Shown here piece after piece: positions 45,367 through 55,823 of a stretch of DNA of 55,823 bases. Positions within the stretch are counted from its first letter, which is position 1. Each line of letters starts with the position of its first letter. The notes under the pieces were generated by a model. The model had not been told where the DNA came from. It made no database searches and was given only the letters and a program-made list of their open reading frames with translations. Origin of the DNA: Octopus bimaculoides (lineage: Eukaryota); contig NC_068983.1 of the NCBI RefSeq assembly GCF_001194135.2, positions 161,635,818 to 161,691,640 of the forward strand, written 5' to 3'. The position numbers and the translations under genes were made by a program.

Positions 45367-46017
45367 CTGGAGAGAAAAAAAAGGAAAGAAAAGGCATGCA
45401 TCAGTAAGAACCAAATAGCAAGAGTTCAACAAAAATAGTTTATGGTTGTAGTTAGTCCACATTATTCCCTGAGAAGCATGAGGCTGGTTTCTCAGTTTCT
45501 CTGGTGTATATATACCTTCTTGGACGCTGATCCATTGCAGGACTACTCATTTTTGCCAGTTGAGTAAACTGGAGCAATGTGAAATGAAGTGTCTTGCTCA
45601 AGAAAACAATGCATCACCTGGTCCAGGAACTGAAACCACAATCTTACGATCACGAGTGCAACACTCGTAACCACAAAACCCTACTCCAAAAGGACAAAAG
45701 GCAAAGTCAACCTTGGCAGAGTTTGAACTCAGAACGTGCAGACAGACAAAATGCTGCATTTCATCCAGCATGCTAACAATTCTGCCAGCTCACCAATGGG
45801 AGACAGTAAGCAAGCATAGGTAAGCCAAAAGGATATGCAGGAAAGTAATTTTCACAGAGATTGTGATGAAGGAGCTAATGTAAATTAGGGGGTCATGGAA
45901 AAATGGGATTTGTGATGAAGATGATGATGATAACTTATTACATTGCAAAAAAAGAAACAGGTTCAGAGAATTGCTTTTAAAATCATTCCAATGTCAGAGT
46001 ATTTATTAAAACCAAAC

Positions 46018-46345
46018 TCCTGGCACTCTGTCGGTTACAACAACATGGGTTCTAGTTGACCTGAGCAACAGAACAGCCTGCTCGTAAAGTTAATGTGCAA
46101 GTGGCTGAGTACTTCACAAGCAAGCATACTCTCAGCGTAGTTCTCAGGGAGATTCAGCATGACACAGAATGCGACAAGGCTGGTCCTTTTGAATTACTGG
46201 TACTACTCATTTTTACCAGTTGAGTGGACCTGGAGCAACGTGAAAATAAAGTGTCTTGCACAAGGACACAACACATCGCTGGGAATTGAACTCATGATCT
46301 TACGATTGTAAGCCAAGTGCCCTAACAACTAAGCCACACGCCTTC
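46018..46345 (-). mobile_element. SINE family 2, full length
   Basis: Reverse complement of the 9535-9795 family, including the middle region. Confidence 0.75.
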
Positions 46346-46400
46346 ACAAAACAAAACAAAAAAAAACTTCATGGAACATTAAATAAATCGAGTGTGTTAC

Positions 46401-46514
46401 CTGATCACTTTTGATGTTAATCCACTGAAGCTTATCTCTGGATAGCTGATACTCAAACGATATTTCCAATTGTGGCTTCATGTCCTTTTTACTACAATTA
46501 TCTCTGTCAGCATA
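46401..46514 (-). CDS. SNX17: SNX17 coding exon (FERM F3)
   Basis: 114 nt, phase 0/0; ...QLEISFEYQLSRDKLQWINIKSDQ vs ELAFEYLMSKDRLQWVTITSPQ. Confidence 0.93.
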
Positions 46515-46894
46515 CTAAAATATAAACAGAACCAATATGATGGAATATCGAAATACATTTTGCCACCAATACTTGCCCCCCACCAACCTGCCACCCAACA
46601 GCTCTGTTTCGACTTAAATAAACCAAGCCTTTCTTATCAGAATACAGAACCCAACAAACAACAAAGTTAAATCATACCACTTCCTTTTTAGGCCTATTTA
46701 CCACGCTGACAAACAATGGATACTATGATGATGGTCTGAGAATATAACCCAATAGAAATCAGAACCATCCCCCATTTCTATCAGGAACAAGCAATAAAAT
46801 TTACAAGGCATCAGGTCAGTTTGTTGGTTTCAAATTGTCTACAACACAAACTAACAACACAAGCTACTGCAATAATTGAATAAATATAGATATG

Positions 46895-47090
46895 GCGGGT
46901 GACACGTAAAAGCACCCACTACACTCTCTGAGTGGTTGGCGTTAGGAAGGGCATCCAGCTGTAGAAACTCTGCCAAATTAGATTGGAGCCTGGTGTAGCC
47001 ATCCGGTTGCACCAGTCCTCAGTCAAATCGTCCAACCCATGCTAGCATGGAAAGCGGACGTTAAACGATGATGATGATGATGATGATGAT
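46895..47090 (+). mobile_element. RTE LINE 3' end, near consensus
   Basis: CpGs intact, (GAT)n tail. Confidence 0.85.
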
Positions 47091-47133
47091 TAAGTCCTAC
47101 TTTAATTTAAAGATATAGAAGAGATAATCTTAC

Positions 47134-47196
47134 TATTGTCGTGATTCTCCAGCATCTCATTCGCGTGATTTTAAAAGAGCCTTCTTTGTATTGGTC
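47134..47196 (-). CDS. SNX17: SNX17 coding exon (FERM F3)
   Basis: 63 nt; DQYKEGSFKITRMRCWRITTI vs EGSFRVTRMRCWRVT. Confidence 0.95.
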
Positions 47197-48675
47197 CTAG
47201 AATTCAAGAAAACGGTATATAAAGAAATAAGAAACAGTACCTATTGCATAAATAGCATTCATAAAACATATATGAAAAGGTTTATTCATCAGATGACTTT
47301 GTAAACTATCACTCATTTGCTTGTCATGTGAAATATATAGTATAATCTGTGGATTTGCATCTCATAGACTAAATGGATGTATATTTATGGTAATGCAAAG
47401 TGTGACCATTTTTATTATACAAAGCTTCCAATTCTTAAAATAAAAATTTGCATTTTTTACAATTCTGCAACAAAGAATCATACATCATGTCTGTTCAAGA
47501 AAAAAATTCAATCCATTTTACAGACAACTCTGATGAGAGGGGCTGGCAAGGCTGGAGGGCTGCACCAGGTTCTAGTCCTCTGTTTTGACATGGTTTCTAT
47601 GACTGGATAGCCTTCCTAATGCCAACCACTTTGCAGAGGGTATTGAGTGCTTTTTATGTTACATCAGCATGGGTGCCTTTTACATTGTGCCAGCACGGGA
47701 CGACAAGGTAACTGAGACCAAAGATGTCACATTTGAGATGTTGTCCAACAGCATCATCACTCTACTGCCAGCATCCCTGAAAACTCCCCAACTAGTGCAC
47801 ACCCCTCCCCTCAACCCTTCTCCAATCTTTAAAGACGTTGCCTACCTCCCTCCCTCCNNNNNNNNNNNNNNNNNNNNNNNNNNNNNNNNNNNNNNNNNNN
47901 NNNNNNNNNNNNNNNNNNNNNNNNNNNNNNNNNNNNNNNNNNNNNNNNNNNNNNNNNNNNNNNNNNCTGCTGTTACTCCTACCTGAAGTGCCACCTGGGT
48001 GCCTTATCACTACGGTGTCTCTTAGGAGACACCACCAATTCATTCTCCCTTTCTCTCCTAAATGTGGGTAGCCATGTAGCTCCTCTAGAACAAAAACCTG
48101 CTCTACTCCAACCACTTCCCTATTACTTTATCCACCCCTCCCCCCATCTAACATGCAGAGGCCACATCCTCCTTCCCTGGGTTTACTGACTTCCGAGCCA
48201 CATGGTGGCCTCAGTAGTGCCAGTGACAGGAAGAAAGCACAGGAGGGGAATCCAGCCATAGAAACCATGCCAAAGCAAATACTGGAGCATGATGCAGTCC
48301 TTCGGCTCATCAGATCCTGTCAAACTGTCCAATCCATGCCAGCATGGATAATTGATGTTAAACAATGACAATGAAGACTGAAGTCCATAATGATGAATTT
48401 GATGGGGAAACTCTGTCTAAAGCAGGACTCAACGGTGCATAAAACCAAAGTTGAATCAAAGACAACAGGTTTATGTCACGAACATCAGAGCTGAACAAAG
48501 AGCGATGTCCATCTTACAAAGATGAACTGTCACCAAATGTAATGCTGTCACCAAATTTGTAAATACTTCAAATTAAATGAACTCTACTCTAAAAAACTCT
48601 AATAAATAAAATTAATGAATGACAAGAAACACACAGCGATAGATATGAAAGATAATGATATTAAATTCAACAAAC

Positions 48676-48816
48676 CTTGCCTGTCTGGATTCTGAAATTT
48701 AATTCTTCATTTCCCACAGCAATCAAAACATTGGTTTTCTTTTCAGGGTAATCTGTTATGCATGGCCGGAAGTGCATGTAACCGTAATACTTTAGGGTAC
48801 GGACAAACTGTAAATA
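48676..48816 (-). CDS. SNX17: SNX17 coding exon (FERM F2/F3)
   Basis: 141 nt; YLQFVRTLKYYGYMHFRPCITDYPEKKTNVLIAVGNEELNFRIQTGK vs FLRLAQTLRHYGYLRFDACVADFPEK. Confidence 0.95.
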
Positions 48817-49056
48817 CTGTAAATAGGAATTAAAGAGTGATCACTTTGCAATATAGAAAATACTGACAGAGGAAGAATGGTTTTTTTCTTGGTTTGGTGA
48901 AAAGTAGTACACAGAAAATTGTAGAAAAATTCGAAATGACAATGTTAGAGATCAGATGCATCCAGCTAAAAGGCAAAACAACTCTGTAAAAATATATTCA
49001 TGACAGACATGGCTTTGTTGATCAGCTGCAAAAGTTTCGAGAAGATACAATAGCTT

Positions 49057-49226
49057 GGAAGACAGGCCAGACAGTCTGGTGGACAGGCACAATGGCCTGG
49101 TAGACAGCCATGACAGCCTGGTGGACAGCCATGACAGCCTGGTGAACAGGCATGGCGGCCCGGTGAACAGGCATGGCGGCCCGGTGAACAGGCATGGCGG
49201 CCCGGTGAACAGGCATGGCGGCCCGG
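49057..49226. repeat. 21-bp GC-rich minisatellite
   Basis: GGTGAACAGGCATGGCGGCCC x4 exact, preceded by 4 diverged units; runs into a gap. Confidence 0.92.
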
Positions 49227-50369
49227 NNNNNNNNNNNNNNNNNNNNNNNNNNNNNNNNNNNNNNNNNNNNNNNNNNNNNNNNNNNNNNNNNNNNNNNNNN
49301 NNNNNNNNNNNNNNNNNNNNNNNNNNNNNNNNNNNNNNNNNNNNNNNNNNNNNNNNNNNNNNNNNNNNNNNNNNNNNNNNNNNNNNNNNNNNNNNNNNNN
49401 NNNNNNNNNNNNNNNNNNNNNNNCGAAATGACAATGTTAGAGATCAGATGCATCCAGCTAAAAGGCAAAACAACTCTGTAAAAATATATTCATGACAGAC
49501 ATGGCTTTGTTGATCAGCTGCAAAAGTTTCGAGAAGATACAATAGCTTGGAAGACAGGCCAGACAGTCTGGTGGACAGGCACAATGGCCTGGTAGACAGC
49601 CATGACAGCCTGGTGGACACCCACTACACTCCTGGAGTGGTTGGCGTTAGGAAGGGCATCCAGCTGTAGAAACTCTGCCAGATCAGATAGAAGCCTGGTG
49701 CAGCCATCTGGTTTGCCAGTCCTCAGTCAAATCGTCCAACCCATGCTAGCATGGAAGGCAGATGTTAAACGATGATAATGATGATGATGAAGCCCGTGTG
49801 AAGGATTTAAGCCAGGTACTACTTGGTACTACTTGTGGCATTTTGAAGTAAAAAAATATGGTTCTGTGTGGAACAAAAAATAATAATAAGTCCATTTGGC
49901 GGTTTTAAGTCAGGTCACTGTATGTTAATGGTGCTACCAGTAAACAATGTAGACTGGTACTACCTGTAGCATTTAAAAAAATATATATATATAATTCTTT
50001 GTGGAACAAAGAAAAAAATAAATAAGAAGAGAGAAATAATTCTGGTTAGAAGCAAAAGAAATGAAAAAAAAAAATAATGATGTTGTGTTGAAAGAGGAAA
50101 AAAATATATAATTCCGTGTGGAACAAGAAAAAAAAAAAATTCTGGTTAGAAGAAAAAGAAAGAAATAAAAGTATGTTGAAAGAAGAGAAAAAAAAATCTC
50201 AAAGGTGGGAGGTGTTGTGGCAGACACCCCCAAGTAAGAAGTGGGTTGTTCCACTACTGATAAATAGTGGACAGACACAGCAAGCAGTGTCAGTCGGTGA
50301 GGTATGCCGTATGGGCCAATTACGCAGACGGCGAAGTTATGTCATCATAATGTGGAACATATCACACCT

Positions 50370-50480
50370 GGAATTCAAAAAGGTGGTTGTTGGCACAATT
50401 GTTAATAATTTTGTGGGTGTTTACCAAGTGAGTTGCCAGACGTTCTGTAACCACTATGATGTAGGAGACCATGTTTAGAT
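50370..50480 (-). mobile_element. Possible CR1-like LINE relic
   Basis: RLATHLVNTHKIINNCANNHLFEFQV resembles CR1 ORF2 C-terminal region from memory; short and degenerate. Confidence 0.35.
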
Positions 50481-50613
50481 GGAGTGATACCAGCATTTTT
50501 GACTGTCCACGACATCAAAAATCAAACAGAGGCTATGGAGCAAATAAAAATGTACTCATTGCAATGATAATATGGTTGAATTTCTAAAATTCAATAAGTA
50601 TATGGAAACTTAC

Positions 50614-50706
50614 ATCTTTTTTGGATCCTTTTTGCTGTAATGCTGATAGTTGTAAAAATTGGTCTTTTGTGGCTATAATCCATTGTTGTTCAATATCGTT
50701 TACTGC
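50614..50706 (-). CDS. SNX17: SNX17 coding exon (FERM F2)
   Basis: 93 nt; AVNDIEQQWIIATKDQFLQLSALQQKGSKKD vs TVSDIERGWILVTKEQHRQLKSLQEKVSKKE. Confidence 0.95.
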
Positions 50707-51434
50707 CTGAAAATATTTCCCAACAAAAATATTTTGAAAATACTACCTGTCAAAAAATATTTTAAAATATTATTCTGTCAAATGTAATACTTGTTTAATC
50801 ACATTGTTTTGAATTAATCAGGCATTATCTTGGAGCTTCAAAATTCCAATGATGTCATTGATTATTTTTAGAATGACATTGTAGGGTTAGTGTGAGAGGC
50901 TGGATCTGGTCAGTTTGAACATTAAACAGGTGGAATTTTTGGCCAGATACAGACGGTTTAAAGGGTTAAGCTTCAATTTCAGAAAAGAAAGCTCTACAAG
51001 TCTGAATGTAAAGTACAAAAACAAACAAAACAAACTAAACAATGACATCTGTTTCTTGATTAACTAATTAAAGCAATTAAATTAACAAGTTACAATTTAC
51101 TCAATTACTTGGTTGGATTTAGTTTCAGCTTAAGTGATTAACATCAGATATGACAAAAAATGAAATAAAATAACATCAAATGATCATAAATCATCATTCC
51201 TCATTTTAATATCCATTTTTCCATGCTTGCATGGGTCAGATGGAGTTTATTGAGGTAGACATTCTACTGCTGGATGCCTTTCCTGTTGCTAACCCTCACT
51301 TGTTTCCAAGTAAAGTAATAAGTTCTCCATGGCCAGACATGTTTTCATAGAATATTGGGAATGACTGACAATGCTTGCATGACATCATTATTATCACATG
51401 ATCTCGAGGCAAGGAGACGCACATACACACACAC

Positions 51435-51469
<35 letters not shown>

Positions 51470-51679
51470 GCTTCTTTCAGTTTCTGTCTCCTAAATCCAC
51501 TCAGAAGGCTTTGGCCAGCTTGGGGTTATAGTAGAAATAAACTTGCCCGACATGCCACACAATGAGATTGAACTCAAAACCATGTGGCTGAGAAGCAAAC
51601 TTCTTAATCACACAGCCACTCTTGGAACCTAAAAATGAGAAAAAAAGAAGAAAAAAAAGGGAGCAGTTTTCAAACTCAC

Positions 51680-51749
51680 CTGTGTGTAGAGCAAGGACAA
51701 TGTCACTCGGTTATTGAGAAGGTCATTATCGTACTGCATGTCCCAGTAG
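51680..51749 (-). CDS. SNX17: SNX17 coding exon (FERM F1/F2)
   Basis: 70 nt, phase 2/0; (S)YWDMQYDNDLLNNRVTLSLLYTQ vs SYWDSAYDDDVMENRVGLNLLYAQ. Confidence 0.95.
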
Positions 51750-52176
51750 CTGGACAAAAAAGATTACNNNNNNNNNNNNNNNNNNNNNNNNNNNNNNNNN
51801 NNNNNNNNNNNNNNNNNNNNNNNNNNNNNNNNNNNNNNNNNNNNNNNNNNNNNNNNNNNNNNNNNNNNNNNNNNNNNNNNNNNNNNNNNNNNNNNNNNNN
51901 NNNNNNNNNNNNNNNNNNNNNNNNNNNNNNNNNNNNNNNNNNNNNNNNNNNNNNNNNNNNNNNNNNNNNNNNNNNNNNNNNNNNNNNNNNNNNNNNNNNN
52001 NNNNNNNNATTTTACTTCCCCAGACAGTGAATTTGAATCGCGAGTTATTTCTGAACATAAAATCTTTCTTTTAACTGATTCATATTTTATCTATTAACAG
52101 ACAAGAGCAAATTTTAGCAAAGCACTTTCAAGTATTGTATTAGAACAACTATTGAAGCAAAGGTTGGTATTATTAG

Positions 52177-52400
52177 TGGTGAGCTGGCAGAAACGTTAGC
52201 ACACCAGACGAAATGCTTTATGGTATTTTGTCTACCTTTACTTTCTAAGTTCAAATTCCACCAAGGCCGACTTTGCTTTTCAACTTTACAGGGTCGATAA
52301 ATTAAGTACCAGTTGCATACTGGGTTCGATCTAATCAACTGCCCCCCCTCCCCAAAAATTTCAGGCCTTGTGCCTAGAGTAGAAAAGAATATTATTATCA
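52177..52400 (+). mobile_element. SINE family 3, full length, (ATT)n tail
   Basis: Head GGTGAGCTGGCAGAAACGTTAGC through TAGAAAAGAATATTATT. Confidence 0.8.
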
Positions 52401-52609
52401 TTATTATTCATTTGACATTTTCCATGCTGTCATGGGTTGGACAGTTTGAGAGGAGCTCTGAAGGCAAAGAGCTGTACTAGACTCCATTGTCTGTTTTGAC
52501 ATGCCCTGCTTCATGTCAATCATTGTACAGTATATACTAGGTGCTTTTTACATGACAGGGTCACCAAGTACCTTGCAAGACAAAAGAGGAAAACAAAAAA
52601 AAAAACCCA

Positions 52610-52930
52610 TTATCATCATCATTATCATGAAAAATTTTGCTTTATTTTGCTGGGTATGACGAAAATTGTCACTGTCCACAGCCAGCAGATTGAAACAACA
52701 CTTGTTTACTGATCATGCTTCAAGAATACTGCGGAGAACTCTTGCTACAAGCAATGAGGATTTTCATAGGTGTTCTATCTTTACATTTGTACCAACTTCC
52801 AAGCGTGCCAGTCATTATTGGTACCACGCTCACTCATTGCCCACAACCTGCATACTTCCCACCATTAATTCACCAAAGTTGTTCACTTCTTCCTTCCTAA
52901 TATGTCAATTGCTTTGTAAGTAATAACCAA
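52610..52930 (-). pseudogene. 3' end of an RLE-type non-LTR retrotransposon (restriction-like endonuclease C-terminus)
   Basis: Across frames: WEVCRLWAM, VSVVPIMTGTLGS, IEHL*KSSLLVARVLRSILEA*, matching the RLE pattern RLW..V.VVPIVIGALG...LQKxxLLGTARILRxVL; (GAT/AAT) tail. Confidence 0.55.
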
Positions 52931-53225
52931 GGTGCTACATAAAGAGTCTTGGTGCTGGTGCCATGCAAAAGTCACTGGTGATGGTGCCATGTGAAAAGTG
53001 CACTGGTGATGGTGCCACATAAAAAGCACCAGTACACTCTACATGCTATGTTGAATATCAGGCATGTTTTTTCTTTTCTCTTCACAACAGCAATATCAGA
53101 CTTTAATCAGAGGGTCACACTGAATCATTGCATTCCACAGGATTATTATTATTATTATTAATAATAATCCTTTCTACTATAGGCACAAGGCCTGAAATTT
53201 GTGGGAGGACTAGTCAATGACTTCA

Positions 53226-53540
53226 ACCCCAGTGTTTCACTTCATCATCATCATCATCATCATCGTTTAACGTCCGCTTTCCATGCTAGCATGGGTTGGA
53301 CGATTTGACTGAGGACTGGTGAAACCGGATGGCTACACCAGGCTCCAATCTAATTTGGCAGAGTTTCTACAGCTGGATGCCCTTCCTAACGCCAACCACT
53401 CAGAGAGTGTAGTGGGTGCTTTTACGTGTCACCCGCACGAAAACGGCCACGCTCGAAATGGTGTCTTTTATGTGCCACCCACACAAGAGCCAGTCCAGGG
53501 GCCCTGGCAGCGATCTCACTTGGCTTGCCGGGTCTTCTCT
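53226..53540 (-). mobile_element. RTE LINE 3' end retaining the last ORF codons
   Basis: GAG AAG ACC CGG CAA GCC AAG TGA (EKTRQAK*) followed by the full shared 3'UTR and (GAT)n. Confidence 0.8.
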
Positions 53541-54843
53541 TGTACTTAATTTATCCTTTTCTCCTCTAGGCACAAGGCCCGAAATTTTTGGGGAGGCGGC
53601 CAGTCGATTAGATCGACCCCAGTATGCGACTGGTATTTAATTTATCGACCTCGAAAGGAAAAAGGTAAAGTCGACCTTGGCAAAATTTGAAATCAGAACA
53701 TGAAGATGGATGAAATACTGCTAAGCATTTAACCCAGGGTGCTAACAAGTCTGCCAACTCACCACCTTCAATTAATAATAGTAATTATTATTTCTTCTCT
53801 AGGCACAAGGCCTCGAAAATTTTGGGGGAAGGGGGCTAGTCGATTATATCGATCCTAATGTGTACTGAGGTCAATGTAGTCAACTAACCCACATCCCCAA
53901 AATTGCTGGCCTTGTGCCAAAATTTGAAACCAATATAAGAGGGCAGGGATTAATAAATTAGCATTTGGATCACTTGTCAAGTTGTAGCTTCAGCAAAATA
54001 AATTAAAATTACAAGAAGAACAATTTTCTAAATAAAACAATTATTGTAAAGCCAATAACATTTTCCCATTTTTTCCTTCCATTATGACTATTTTCTTTAA
54101 ATATAATCAGGGTTATACACTAAATATACTTCCTAACTATTTATTTTGATAAACTGTTAGGAAAAGGAAACTCATGCAAATGATAATCCTAACTTTAAAA
54201 AAAAAGTTAATTACTTGACTAAGTTATGGAAAGGTCTGGCAGTAATTAAACTTTGATGAAAGTAAAATAACCGGTTTATTTTGTATTAGTTTTTTCTTCT
54301 AATGGTTTAAAGACCTGGCACAAATGAAACTCGTTATTGAATACTGCTCTCAAATCTCAGACGGTGTCACTAACAAAAAGGTCAACCATCTGATTTCGCT
54401 GAAGGACCAACATAGTCCAATTTCTGGGCTACAGATACGATTCTACTCCTCTAGCAATCCTACCACAGCCTTCACTCTTCAACACTAACTGATCTCATGC
54501 CTCAACAATCACTCTTATCGCCCACGCTATATCCCTCTACTCAGGGCCCCACTCAATCCTCTAGAATTCCATGTTTTCCCTTGCCGCTGTTCAAGAGGAA
54601 TCAATCTGAATGGTCTTGGAAGTCCCATAAAGACCATGGGAACAGCCTCTTCCTCCAGATCAAACCATCAAAAGAAAATTCAAAATCCTACACTTGTGGA
54701 AGTACACTTTGATAAGGAGCTAATTACTATCATCATTGTCGTTGTTAAAGAAAATCTAGAAAGAGACCTATTCTTAAAACTGGGTTGGTGTTTCTCAGAA
54801 AAAAGCCTATTTTGGAAAACGATTAAAAAATCTGGAATTTTAC

Positions 54844-54934
54844 CTTTTCCGGAGTACAATACAATGAGGTCCATCTTTGTTTAATGCTTTTAAAGAGATG
54901 TAGGGGGATTCGAAATCTTGAAGTTTACGAATTA
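54844..54934 (-). CDS. SNX17: SNX17 coding exon (FERM F1); gene continues upstream beyond the window
   Basis: TTTTCAAG|TA...AG|GTAAAA; 91 nt, phase 1/2; IRKLQDFESPYISLKALNKDGPHCIVLRK vs VRKLQEFELPYVSV..YKIVLRK. Confidence 0.93.
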
Positions 54935-55644
54935 CTTGAAAAGAAATAGAAAAAAGCGGAATGAGAAAAACATAGGGGATACACACACAAAGGATGTGGG
55001 CATGCACAAGGACTTGCACGTATACACACATATATACACACAAGGAATAGAAACAGAAAAAAAGAGGAATGAAAAAAACACAGGACACACACAATGATGA
55101 TTGTCTTCATCATTTTATGTCCATTTTCCATGCTGGCATAGGCCAGGCGGTCTGACCAGAGCTCCATACTCCAGTTGTCTGCTTTGGTATGGTTTCTAGG
55201 GCTGAATGCCTTTCCTAATATGCCTACCACTTAACAGAGCGTATTGGGTGTCTTTTTAACATGTTACCAGAACAGGTTCCCTGTTACGTGTCACTGGCAC
55301 AAGTGCTTTTATGTGTCATCAGCATATAGATATACAGATAGATGGATGACAATTTGAAAAGAAACAGACCAACATTATGGCTATGTTACCTAATTAATAT
55401 GACCCATGTATAAGAGTATGATATGGAGAGGGCCAAAGCCAGAAATATATATTATACCAAAATGATGGAACTAGGGTTAAAGCCATCTTGTTAATTAAGT
55501 GCCTTTATGGTTACATGTCTTCTTAAATTAAAACAAATTGTTTCATTACATCAAGATTCTAACGACTTTGTCCATTAACAACATTATAATCTGAACAATA
55601 AGACATCTTACAGGTTTCACCCCATGAAGGCGAGACTTCAACAA

Positions 55645-55823
55645 AGGCACAGGTGTGGCTGTGTGGTAAGAAGTTTGCTTCCCAACCATATGGTTTTGGG
55701 TTCAGTTCCACTGTGTGGCACCTTAGGCAAGTGTCTACTACTATAGCCTTGGGTTGACAAAAGCCTCTCGAGTGGATTTGGCAGACGAAAACTAAAAGTT
55801 CATCATCATGTGTGTGTGTGTGT
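55645..55823 (+). mobile_element. SINE family 1 head (truncated by window edge)
   Basis: CACAGGTGTGGCTGTGTGGTAAGAAG...GGCACCTTAGGCAAGTGTC. Confidence 0.8.

Noticed and set aside
49057-49226. CRISPR-like array or heptad-repeat protein (VNRHGGP)n
   Set aside because: No unique spacers, eukaryotic intron, ordinary minisatellite; ORF lacks a credible start or splice sites

Overview
AT-rich, repeat-dense, gapped eukaryotic scaffold. The repeat repertoire and intron style point to a coleoid cephalopod, most likely Octopus (inference, no search run). Two convergent multi-exon genes can be reconstructed by hand. (1) On +, an RNF217-like RBR E3 ubiquitin ligase: 4 coding exons, 10454-20446, 441 aa, RING1-IBR-RING2-TM plus a Ser/Asp-rich tail. 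(2) On -, the 3' ten coding exons of sorting nexin-17 (54934 down to 29622, about 303 aa, ending NNAFEEIGDDDL*); its PX domain lies beyond the window. The rest is tRNA-derived SINEs (three families), more than 20 5'-truncated RTE LINE 3' ends, relics of Penelope-like and RLE-type (R4/NeSL-like) non-LTR elements, piggyBac/hAT/Merlin-like MITEs, a non-autonomous Helitron, long foldback hairpins and microsatellites. The most striking non-genic signal is a family of tRNA-headed, Penelope-associated elements carrying a minimal hammerhead-ribozyme motif (CUGANGA-stem II-GAAAC-GUU). It occurs at five loci (8 motifs), mostly as head-to-head palindromic dimers. There are eight N-gaps (about 5929-5940, 7602-8365, 14914-15286, 32444-32976, 35460-35470, 47858-47966, 49227-49423, 51768-52008). 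Repeat boundaries are approximate; exon boundaries were counted to the base.
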